DNA of 45,309 nt from Octopus bimaculoides (lineage: Eukaryota). This document shows, piece by piece, positions 1 through 10,015 of this stretch. The translations under genes were made by a program, and so were the position numbers. A model generated the notes under the pieces. The model had not been told where the DNA came from, did no database searches, and worked only from the letters and a program-made list of their open reading frames with translations. The stretch lies in the NCBI RefSeq assembly GCF_001194135.2, contig NC_068983.1, positions 369,792-415,100 of the forward strand. The letters are read 5' to 3'. The first letter of the stretch is position 1; each line of letters starts with the position of its first letter.

Positions 1-330
1 GATTCTCTTCTCAAATCTGCGTATTCTCTGCGCCTTCGCTTGAACTTTCTGTTTCAGTGTTTCATTCGCTGACATTAGTTCTTCTCTTGTTGAGAGTCCA
101 TATTTTCTCACGATCTTCCTGCTTTTTCTTGATCTTATATCCTTTCCAGAGATTAGCTCAGTTAATATTGATATCTCCCTTCGCAACGATTCAATCTCAG
201 TTTCAATTCTACTCCTCCAGTTTGATTTTCTTTTCGAATTTGGTATTGTTGGTTTTTTTGGGTGTTAAACAGCGTCTTTCAATTACCTTAGCAACAGAGT
301 AAATAATTTCATTTAATTTATTAAGATCGG
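1..330 (-). mobile_element. R4/Dong-like RLE LINE remnant, region N-terminal to the RT
   Basis: Minus-strand translation ...RSRIETEIESLRREISILTEL...ETLKQKVQAKAQRIRRFEKRI resembles the pre-RT segment of R4/Dong-type ORFs; frameshifted; runs off the window edge. Confidence 0.65.
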
Positions 331-883
331 GTTTTGCTCTTTGTAGGGCATGATTTCCACAGACCTCCCAATGGATCATTCTAGGTACATTGTCATGGCA
401 TCTTTTGTATTTGCGTTGTGCCACTTTCGGGCATTCGCTAACGATGTGCCAAACCTTTTCACACCTCTCACTACACATTCTGCGTTTGTCGCTGTTGATA
501 GTGTTGTCTATTCTGCACTTCACGGAATAGTTAACACTTCTTGAGCTGCGTGTATGAGTGCTTCTGTCTCCATCTTCAGGTCACTCCTCCTCATCCATAA
601 CCACCGGTCATCTGTATCTGTCTTGGCGTTCATATCTCTTGCAAATTGACCGCTCATTTTGTTCTCCTTCCATGTTGTTTCTTTTTTTTTGTGTTCATTT
701 CTTCTTCAAATTTTTCTTTCATTATACAATTCTGAGCTTTTATTTAATTTGTATGATTCAACAATGGCTCTACGGCATATTTTATATAGCAGCCTCAACT
801 ATTTTTCTCTCCTCGATACAATTCTGGTGACTAATCAAGCCTGTTTTCCTCTGCTTCGATACAGTCCATGCAAGTGATCAAAC

Positions 884-884
<1 letters not shown>
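331..884 (-). mobile_element. R4/Dong-like RLE LINE remnant, post-RT region with CCHC/RHD motif
   Basis: Minus strand starts SLITCMDCIEAEENR at 884. ORF 209..523 gives DKRRMCSERCEKVWHIVSECPKVAQRKYKRCHDNVPRMIHWEVCG, a decayed C-x2-C...H...C plus KRRHD motif typical of RLE LINEs. Confidence 0.8.

Positions 885-956
<72 letters not shown>
885..956. repeat. (TTA)n microsatellite
   Basis: Direct inspection; abuts the 5'-truncated end of the minus-strand LINE piece. Confidence 0.97.
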
Positions 957-957
<1 letters not shown>

Positions 958-1075
958 AGTCAAAATTAAAAGAAGAGTGCCATTGTCATCTAGTAAACGA
1001 TATTTCGACATCTTGTGTCTTCAACAAGTTCAAAAAATAATTTTATCAATCTACTTCATTTTGGTTAATATATAG

Positions 1076-1111
<36 letters not shown>

Positions 1112-1380
1112 TAATAATAATAATAATAATAATAATNNNNNNNNNNNNNNNNNNNNNNNNNNNNNNNNNNNNNNNNNNNNNNNNNNNNNNNNNNNNNNNN
1201 NNNNNNNNNNNNNNNNNNNNNNNNNNNNNNNNNNNNNNNNNNNNNNNNNNNNNNNNNNNNNNNNNNNNNNNTCTTCTTCTTCTTCTTCTTCTTCTTCTTC
1301 TTCTTCTTCTTCTTCTTCTTCTTCTTCTTCTTCTTCTTCTTCTTCTTCTTCTTCTTCTTCTTCTTCTTCTTCTTCTTCTC
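1076..1380. repeat. (ATA)n and (TCT)n microsatellites either side of an N gap (1137-1271)
   Basis: Direct inspection. Confidence 0.95.
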
Positions 1381-1384
1381 ATTA

Positions 1385-2270
1385 TTAGTCTTTAATTTGC
1401 ACAGTGATTATTCCAAAAATGCTGCCTTTTGCAATGCTGTACTACTGTAAGAGATTCCAGTTGCGTCGAGGTGTTTCTGAAGGATTTTCCTCTCTGACCA
1501 AAGTGCTCCAGTCACAATTGATACCACTCTTGCGTTCGTATTCCACATTCTTTCGACATCTATTCCCAAGCCTGCATAGTTTACGATCTTCTCGTTTTCT
1601 TCACCGTTGATATAATGATTTCCTAGGCAAGCTACATCGACCAACAAGACACCTCCTTACAATACTTTTCTCCACCAAAGTTATGCCTGTTCTTTTATGT
1701 TCAAGAACTCTTTCTGAGTTGTAAAGTCTCACACGAGTTTCAATGTCTGATCTTCTAGGACCTTCTCTGGTTTATTCTACTGCAATTTCTCGGTGGCTGG
1801 AAATCCATATTTCTTGCATCAAGACCAGTGGAGGTGTAAACACACTTCATCGTGTCTCCTTTTATATTCTCTCTGCACAAACTTGTCACAGGCCTTCACA
1901 CTTGTTACACTTATCACTTTCTTCCTACACAACCTACACGTATTTCTTTCAACTGGGTTAAGCATATTCCTTATCGAGTTTGTGTTTAGTGATTGATGCT
2001 GAGTAAACACTAACAAACTTTCTGTTTCTCTCTTAAGATCATCCTTTGTCAATCAATTTCACGAAGATTCGGCTTTTACTTCCTTCCTTTCTTTTTCGAA
2101 TCGACAGCATACTTCCTTCCGTGGCCTCCATGGAGCTCAGTTTCTCAGCTAGCAGCTTTTGCTTGGAATTTTCTTTACTTTCAGTGGTTTCAATGCAGAA
2201 ACCTTTGCTTTTGCCAACGTATATTCGAAATTCTTCTCGCTACCTCTAAAATGTTCTAATCTTTGTAGTC
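1385..2270 (-). mobile_element. R4/Dong-like RLE LINE, decayed 3' half
   Basis: ORF 1819..2052 (LKRETESLL...CRLC...EYKRRHDEVCLHLHW) and ORF 1408..1647 (LVDVACLG...EKIVNY...IVTGALW...LQKAAFL) match the zinc knuckle and RLE C-terminus; many stops and frameshifts. Confidence 0.85.
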
Positions 2271-2276
2271 ACTATC

Positions 2277-2320
2277 TTTTGTCCCCTCTGTGTGCAGCCC
2301 TGTGTGGCTAATAAAAGAAA
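2277..2320 (+). mobile_element. SINE 3' tail fragment
   Basis: ttttgtcccctctgtgtgcagccctgtgtggctaataaaagaaa is similar to the tail of the SINE monomer at ~28430-28472. Confidence 0.55.
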
Positions 2321-2399
2321 GTTATCTTCAGAGTCACCAATTAACACTCTCCATCAGTGGCTCAATCCTACTACTACATACACGCCTCCTCATTTTCAT

Positions 2400-2665
2400 A
2401 GCCAGGAGGGCGCACTTTACAATACCAAATATACCATTGCCCTTTGCAATCATCATGGTCCCATTATTGATGATCATATGAGAAACAGATATAGGCTATC
2501 AGACTGAAAACAGAGATTCCTAGATCAATCAAACTAATTTTCATGGATAATTTGAAGCTCATTCACGAGAATGAATCACGGAGTGATTCACTGGTCAGAA
2601 CAGTTTACTGGTGCTGTAAAGACATTGAGATGGAGTTTGGCATTGCAAAGTGCGCTAGTATAATA
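2400..2665 (+). mobile_element. RLE LINE reverse transcriptase fragment (domains 4-6)
   Basis: PLPFAIIMVPL...LIFMDNLKL...DIEMEFGIAKCA; YMDD-equivalent (FMDN) at ~2540-2551. Confidence 0.75.
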
Positions 2666-2683
2666 ACAACAACAACAGCAATA

Positions 2684-3910
2684 AGTCAACCATTTGTTAT
2701 TCATGGATGACCTCAAACTTTGTTGTAAAGATGAAGCCCAAGTCAATTACTTCTTTGATACGATGTATACTTTCAGTATTGATATCAGAATGGAGTTCGG
2801 ACTGAGAAAGTGTGGTGTGTTAGTCTTGAACAGAATCAAATGTATGGACGGGCTAACGATACCGTCGGGGGAGGTTATATAGCAGATAGAAGAGACGGGC
2901 TAAAAGTACTTGAGGATTTTGGAAATGGATAATTTGATGGAGAAAGAAATGACAGAAAAATTTAAAGTGGAATACTTGCGCAGACTGAGACTGATTCTTA
3001 AGTCGAAATTAAACTGACGGAATAAGATTAAAGCTATCAACACCTTGGCGGTTTCACTCCCTAGATGTGGAGCAGGGGTAATCGCATGGACAGTAGACAA
3101 ACTAAACAGCTTAGACAGAAAGTCAAGGAAGTTGCTGACAAGATATGAGATATTCCACTCAAAACGTGACACAGACAGACTGTATATACTAAGAAAACGA
3201 GAGGGAAGAGGACTGATAGGATGCGAACACTGCATTAGAACAGAAGAAAACAACATGGTATGCAAAAACTGCCACAGAACCGCTATTATTGGAAGTAAGA
3301 AGGTCAGGCTTGTGTAGGGTGGAAGATTGCAAAGATAAAGCACTAAAAGTGATTTAAAATCGCAAACAGAAGCTGTAATCTGTGCTTCCCAAGAGCAAGC
3401 ATTAGGAACCAATTACATCAAATACAAAGTAGATAACACATCACAAAGTGATAAGTGCAGAATTTGTGGAAAATGGTGAAAGCATATGAAATATTACCAG
3501 TCAATGTACGCCACTAGCCCAGAAAGCAAATAAAGGACGTCATGACCATATAACAAGGATTTTCCATTGGACACTTTGCAACTAGAATGGACTTGACAGC
3601 AAAAAAGTGGTACGAACATAAACCCGAGGGCATCATCGAAAATGATAGTATAAAGATCCTATGGGATTTTATGATTCAGTGCGACCATCAGATAGAGAAT
3701 ACGAAACCAGACATAGTAGCAATAATTGTCGGAGCCCTGGGAACAGTGATTAAAAATCTTGAGAAGTTCATGGAACAAATAGGGGCTGCACTAAGGGAGT
3801 CAGAAAACTCCGGATGGTGCTCGAAAAATAAAGGGTGTTACCTTAGTTCACTGGAAGTGAACAGCTGACACCATAGTACATCTCCAGCGGAAGAAGCTGT
3901 GCAAAGACAA
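2684..3910 (+). mobile_element. R4/Dong-like RLE LINE, 5'-truncated RT-CCHC-RLE copy with internal deletions
   Basis: VNHLLFMDDLKL (FMDD ~2700), EYLRRLRLILKSKLN, DTDRLYILRKREGRGLIGCEHC, DKCRIC...GRHD, KWYEHKPEG...ILWDF...KPDIV; ends next to a TAA run at 3912-3930. Confidence 0.9.
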
Positions 3911-3930
3911 TAAAATAATAATAATAATAA

Positions 3931-4145
3931 TCCTTTCTACTGTAAGAACAAAGCCTCAAATTTTGGGGGAAGGGGTTAAGTCGATTACAGCGACGCCAGT
4001 GCGTAACTGGCACTTATTTAATCGAACCCGAAAGGATGAATGGCAAAGTTGACCTTGGCGAAATTTGAACTCATAACATAAAGACGGACGAAATACCGCT
4101 AATCATTTCGTCCAGCGCGCTAACGGTTCTGCCAGCTCACCGCCT
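3931..4145 (-). mobile_element. tRNA-derived SINE, family A
   Basis: Reverse complement begins aggcggtgagctggcagaaccgttagc (A box) and contains gagttcaaatttcgcc (B box); same body as the copies at 16154, 19571 and 28247. Confidence 0.85.
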
Positions 4146-5087
4146 TAATAATGATAATAATATTAGTGATAAAGAGATTGTATGTTCGAATCCGACTGGG
4201 GATCATGTGTTCGAATCCGAACTAAAAACGAATCGCTCCTTTTTCGAATGGGAGGTTGCCGCCGTAAAATTCCAAAAGGGTAGATTTCAGTTGTTGTTTA
4301 ACCGTAGACTAGACCCGATCACGTAGATCAATGATCCGGTGTTTTCCATCCGTGGCTCTCTCATGTTTTCGTATATTAAGATTGTATTATTCAATGCGCC
4401 TCTCTTTCTTTTACAACAAAAGTGTATCATTTGAGGGAGATTTGGTTACTATTTCTACTAGGTCGAGGGATGACGTGAAGATTCTTTGGCTTGGGGGTGT
4501 ATATTACTTTCGATAAGATCGAATGATGTGGAATTTTGGATGAAAAGGTGTTGTCAAACAAGAGAGATGAGGGAATTGGCTTCCATGAGTTATAAAGTAA
4601 AAAAATCTGAGTAAATCTACATATCAACATGTCATTAAGTGGTTTAATAGCAAAAGAAGATTTCTGTAGCTATTTCACAGTATATTATTTTACCGTTCTT
4701 GGACTTTGTTCATGGAAGCATTTCCAGAGAAGAAGAAATAGCAAAAAACCCAAACTCAAAACATTGTAAATAACTTATGCTTTTGAAATATGAATTTGCT
4801 TATTTGTTTGTTTCAGTTGCTAAGTAAATAGCGACCACGTTGCCATCTTCTCGCTTCTCTCTTCTCTCCTTCACACACTCTCTCCGCATCTCTCTCTGTT
4901 CTGTGCTTTCAGTCAAATATAATATATTTACATATTGAGGTTTTTAAAAAATGTAAAGCTTAACATACACAGCGAATTAATTAACACTTTTCAATTTTCT
5001 ACATTTCTCGAGAGGATCTAACAAGTGTCGCAGCTGCATTTTAAATTCATACACACTCGCTTTAATCAAGATCATACAAAATTTGTA

Positions 5088-5088
5088 T

Positions 5089-5119
<31 letters not shown>

Positions 5120-5150
5120 TACATACATACATACATACATGCATACACAC

Positions 5151-5190
<40 letters not shown>

Positions 5191-5253
5191 GTATATATGT
5201 ATATACACACGTAATGTATGTGTAAACACGGACACACTCGTATACATGCATAC

Positions 5254-5297
<44 letters not shown>

Positions 5298-5478
5298 GTG
5301 TGTGTATATGTATATTCCTGTGTGTGTGTGTGTAAGTATAGAAACAAAAAATTAAAATGCTGTAAATTAATTCCACCGCTTTCCGTTAAATTCTAACAGT
5401 ATTTGGCAAGATCTTATTTCCTGTTCACTGACGCACACACACTTACACTCACTCATCTACATGCACACACATGCATAG

Positions 5479-5555
<77 letters not shown>
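5088..5555. repeat. Compound (CATA)/(CA)/(TA)/(TG) microsatellites
   Basis: Direct inspection, 5088-5335 and 5481-5555; source of the spurious HT/CV-rich ORFs. Confidence 0.95.
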
Positions 5556-5557
<2 letters not shown>

Positions 5558-5699
5558 CGCGTGTGTGTACGCGTATATGCGCTCCATTTTATGGAGCAAT
5601 CATTGTTGAATGTTTGAAATTCATTCTAAACATTGCACTATTTCATTAAACTTCAGTGGAACATAAAAAATCTTTTAAACGTACATTTAGATGAATATT

Positions 5700-5742
5700 C
5701 CTGCTGTTGCTAAGCAGCCTGCTGTTGCTAAGCAGCCTGCTG
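5700..5742. repeat. 18-bp tandem duplication (cctgctgttgctaagcag x ~2.4)
   Basis: Units start at 5700, 5718 and 5736. Confidence 0.9.
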
Positions 5743-6261
5743 ATCTGGCTATTAAATGAGGCGACATCACCCGATGTTTCGCTCACTGTTATGTATTACC
5801 TTGTATCATAATAACTATTTAATAGATTAATATTTTAATAATATAAGTATTATATCGTATTAATGGCTGATGTTGTTGCTCATAGTTCAGTAGTAAGAAC
5901 GTCTCTCCTGTGTAGTACTGAACTTTTGGGGAACTGATTCCAGGTTTTATGTTTACCTGCTGTAACTAGACATCAGTAATAAAGCTTGAGGAAGGCATGA
6001 ATATCACAGACTCACTTCTGTTTCGACAGAAATTGTGTTAATGTTAGAAGTCAGTGTTTGGTTCTCATTAAATCTAAAATCAAAAGCAAAGCCAAATATC
6101 TTCGATCTAATGAGTAAATATCTAATTTGTAAATACTAATTAGAAATTAAATAATTTACAATTATCAATTGTTTACTTGATTGATAATTACATACAGTTC
6201 GATGATTCAATAAGTAGGAAGGGATTGTTAAAAGACTTTCTGTTCTAACGCGTGTACACGC

Positions 6262-6395
6262 ATTTACGCACACATAGACACATACATACATACACACATA
6301 CATAGATACATACATGCATACATAGACACATGCATACATAGACACATACATACATACATACACGCATACACACATACACACATACATACATACAA
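6262..6395. repeat. (CATA)n-type microsatellite
   Basis: Direct inspection; immediately precedes the LINE piece starting at ~6396. Confidence 0.9.
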
Positions 6396-7260
6396 ACATG
6401 TTAGTAGAAAGCTCCGAGATGATAGTAACATTCATCATCAAAGCAGTCTACCTCCCACTTTAAAGGATATACGTCTGTAACCCAGGAACAGGAAATGTCA
6501 ACTAAATACCTGATGCACAAAAGGAAAAGCAGTAAAATGTGGCAACCAATGCAGACTTTATGGAGTTAACACCGAAGATATCACTCACATCATAAGCAGT
6601 TGTACGAAAATGTCATAAGAGTTATGTCTGCCGATGAGAGATGGTGCTGTAACTAAGACACTGCATAATGAAATCCACTGAAAGGATAACCCTGAGGACA
6701 AAGAAATAAGAACCTACAATATGGTGGAAACCAGAGCCACTCGTAATAAAAAGGAAGACTGGTGGAATGTTCCAGTGAAGACCGCAATAAAATGTAAACG
6801 CAATAGACCTGACATAATGATTTGGTATAAAGAAGAGAAACTGTGCACAGTTGGGGAAATTAGCTGCCCAGTGGATGTTAACATAAAGCTGAAGATCAGT
6901 GAAAAAGAGAACACCTATGCTGAACTATTGCGAAATCTGTAGTTGCTCTATCCAGATTACAAGTTCAGGTTTGTACCTGTAATTATTGGAGCCCTGGGAT
7001 ATGTAACACACTGCCTAAATACCAATTTTGAGAAATTAGGCTTCTCAAAACCAGAAAGGAGAAAGCTAATTCGAAGACTACAGATCCAATCCATCACTGG
7101 AACTGTAAAGATCTGTAAAACATTCCAGTTTATCATTTAAGTGTAGATGAGCTTGTCTAGATATTCAAGTCTATGCGTGAGAAGACATACATAAAACAAA
7201 ACATATAAATCTGCACGTATACATACATACATACATACATACATACATACATACCTACAT
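6396..7260 (+). mobile_element. RLE LINE family 2 (TACA-associated), 3' end
   Basis: QEQEMSTKYL...CRL...EDITHIISSC...WWNVPVKT...NRPDIMIW...EISCP...EKENTY...PVIIGALG...GTVKICKTF: PD-(D/E)xK-type endonuclease; followed by 3' UTR and (TACA)n at 7218-7260. Confidence 0.88.
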
Positions 7261-7788
7261 ATGATGACATTACGTGATGTCTTAACAGATTTACTTCCTG
7301 AAGACATAGCTATTACTGTCCTCCAGCCTGGGGATATTATAGGTGATATCGTGTATGATTTATGCGCTGGAGCTAGAATTAACTGTGTCCTCCAGCATGG
7401 GATAACGTATCTGATACTTTGTATGGTATATATGTCTACCTTGGAGGTAGAATTACATGTACTCCACTCCAAGCCATAAACTATTCAACAGTGAAGTCGT
7501 CGAAGAAATAAAGTTATTTAATGGGAAAAAAATATATAATGGTCATTAGTGGAATCAGCAGAATATCCATCTACAAAATGAATAGTGGAGAGTTTGCATG
7601 TGAGCATTAGAAATGTGTTTCTGTCCAAAACAATTCTCAATGGCGTTCTTAGCGTTTGATTAGATTCAACACAGAATTAGAGTTTATGGATAAAAACAGT
7701 GGAAATGTTGTTGACATGATTTTCCAGTGAATTCACAGTGTTGAAAATAAAGTTTCAGCGAAGTCCCACATCAGCTTGGAATGGATTC

Positions 7789-7834
<46 letters not shown>

Positions 7835-7976
7835 TTGCGGAGATGTACTTGCATAGCAAGTGACTTGATCTGTGATCGTGTGCTGGAACGAAAACAATTG
7901 CAGCGTGGAAGGTGTTTATAAGCCATTTAAAATAACACACAAAAACCGTTAGATTCACTTCAACATTTAAATTTAA

Positions 7977-8026
7977 TTTGTCAAAATGTTTTCGTCGCTT
8001 ATAGACCGCGACCTGTTCACTGACAA
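7977..8026 (-). ncRNA. Second copy of the G3:C8 hammerhead-like motif (opposite strand)
   Basis: Minus strand ttgtca GTGAACA g gtcgc ggtctataa gcgac GAAA acat TT tgacaa; one substitution breaks the stem III palindrome. Confidence 0.5.
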
Positions 8027-8041
8027 GATGCAGCACACAAT

Positions 8042-8092
8042 TTTGTCAGTGAACAGGTCGCGGTCTCAAAGCGACGAAAATATTTTGACAAA
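8042..8092 (+). ncRNA. Type I minimal hammerhead-ribozyme-like motif with G3:C8 core variant
   Basis: tttgtca [GTGAACA] g gtcgc-ggtctcaaa-gcgac [GAAA] atat [TT] tgacaaa: 7-bp stem I, 5-bp stem II, palindromic aaaatatttt stem III. Confidence 0.6.
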
Positions 8093-8371
8093 TTAAATTT
8101 AAATGTTGAAGTGAATCTAACGGTTTTTGTGTTATATATATAGATAGGTAGATAGATAGATAGATAGATATGTCAAGAAATAAAAAAGAAAGTCAGAAAT
8201 GAATATCCCAGTAAAAAAGGGTGTTAAGCGCAAAACTGAATGTAGGAAAAAATATCTGCAGTAAACACATGGGTGGCGTCTCTAATAAGACATTCTGCCG
8301 CATTCCTGAACTGAATTAAGAGACATAGACTGTAAAACCTGAAAGACAATGTCCACGTACAGGTCAGTATA

Positions 8372-9410
8372 TCCTGGAAACAGTGTCGATAGATTACACC
8401 TAATATGGAAGGAGGAGGAGGATAAATCTGATATCGCTAGAAGACTGCGTGGAGATGGCAGAATGTGACATAGAAGAGTATGTTAGAAGCAACTTAGAAA
8501 GACTGATTTCAGATGCCAGAGGAGAGGAGAAAGAAACTGTGGAGACTGCAGTGGATGACAAGAAAAGAAGAAAACAAGAGCAAGAAAGAAACATCAGACA
8601 AATGCAGGATGTTGCAGCAAAGGAGTTTGGGTTTTGGATGAGGAATGGAGAACTTAAGAAACAGAAAAACTCATAAAGGCTGCTTAAAGCTAGTCATTGT
8701 AGAGGAATGTCATTAAGGCAAAAATAGACAGTTCCGTGGGAAGTGCCAAGTGCAGAACAGGTAACGAGAAAGATGTTGTATTCATAAGTTCCTTTAGTCC
8801 TTTGGCATAGAAGAAGTATAGCCGTAGACACGATTGCGTAGGTAAGGGACTATACTGAGATATATTACGAGAAAAGGGGTTTGAAGTAAGCAGAAAATGG
8901 TACCAACATCAACCAGATTTTAATGTTCAGAGTAAAGAGTAAAAACCCACTTCAGTCATGAATGATCATGGGATGCACCCAGAAAGTTCCCCTCTCAGGC
9001 ACAAGTCCGGGCAAGGTTGTTTATGGAAGACTAGCAGTCGCCCATGCATACCAGCCTCTCCTCGCTACGCACCGATGTTATCCAAGGGAAAGCGAAGGGG
9101 CCGATACGGCTTGGTATCAGTAAAGTCGCAACTTATTTCCACAACCGAGTGAACTGGATCAACGTGAAATAAAGTGTCTTGCTCAAGAACACAACACAGT
9201 ACCCGGTCCGAGAATCGAACTCACTACTTCATGATTGTGAACCCGATGCTCTAACCACTGAGCTATGCTCCTAGTGTTGAGACTGATCATGAAATTCAAG
9301 CAAGACAGACTGATATTAGGTGTCAATAGAGTGCATAATCAACAATGCATTAAAACAGAAATCTGATCTCTTAGGAACAGCGAGGATAGTTCGAAAGATC
9401 TTCGATATAT
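8372..9410 (+). mobile_element. R4/Dong-like RLE LINE 3' part, interrupted by a SINE
   Basis: PGNSVDRLHL...NLISLEDCVEMAE...AKCR...YSRRHDCVGKGL...KWYQHQPD, resuming after the SINE with VETDHEIQARQTDI...LLGTARIVRKIFDI*. Confidence 0.78.
8953..9272 (-). mobile_element. tRNA-derived SINE, family B
   Basis: Minus strand starts aggagcatagctcagtggttagagc (A box)...gagttcgattctc (B box), then tgtgttcttgagcaagacacttt. Confidence 0.85.
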
Positions 9411-9439
9411 GAGGAAACTAGTTGTGACACAGCACCAAG

Positions 9440-9715
9440 GACATTGATTTCAAATGTAACAGGTTGGTATCCCAGTAAATTGCAACACTTGTGTAAAAAC
9501 ATTTGAAAAGTTATGTAAGTATAAGGACCTTGAAATAGAGATCTCAAAAACGTAGCATCTAAGAACATCAACTGTACTTGTGATGATCAAAGTTTTAGGG
9601 ACGATACTAAGAGGAGCTTTTTAAACACAAATATCAGGAAATCCAATGCATCAGCGCTCCAAGAAATCGTTCTAATAAAGTACGGCCCACATCCTAAGAA
9701 AAACATTGTCAACAT
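9440..9715 (+). mobile_element. Separate RLE endonuclease C-terminal fragment
   Basis: EKLCKYKDLEIEISKT*HLRTSTV...VLGTI...ISGNP matches the RLE C-terminus pattern. Confidence 0.65.
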
Positions 9716-9898
9716 GAAAATACCTGATTTTCTTTAAAATTTTTCAAAACTGAAATATTACAGATTTAACAGAATCTTAATTTTCAGATTTGGGCCTCCG
9801 TCCGTACAATATATTTTTACTAATCATAAATGACGCCCACAATAAAAGGTCTAACTGTTATTTGAGCAATCTGAGTGAATCTTGAAACAGCTCGTGTA

Positions 9899-9921
9899 AA
9901 CAAAATAACAACAACAACGTT

Positions 9922-9954
<33 letters not shown>

Positions 9955-9978
9955 AATAATAATAATAATAATAATAAC

Positions 9979-10014
<36 letters not shown>
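9899..10014. repeat. (AAC)n/(AAT)n microsatellite
   Basis: Direct inspection. Confidence 0.95.

Positions 10015-10015
<1 letters not shown>

Larger units (their letters stand above)
7937..8132. repeat. Near-perfect inverted repeat (arms ~7937-8026 and 8043-8132, 16-nt spacer), probably a Penelope-type pseudo-LTR derivative
   Basis: Arms are reverse complements with about 3 mismatches; the region is bounded by (TA)n runs at 7792-7831 and 8133 onward. Confidence 0.9.

Noticed and set aside
5757-5790. Minus-strand GAAAC-ATC-gggt-GAT-GTC, a good hammerhead stem III with a GUC site
   Set aside because: No CUGANGA or compensated variant with matching stems I and II could be found on either side.
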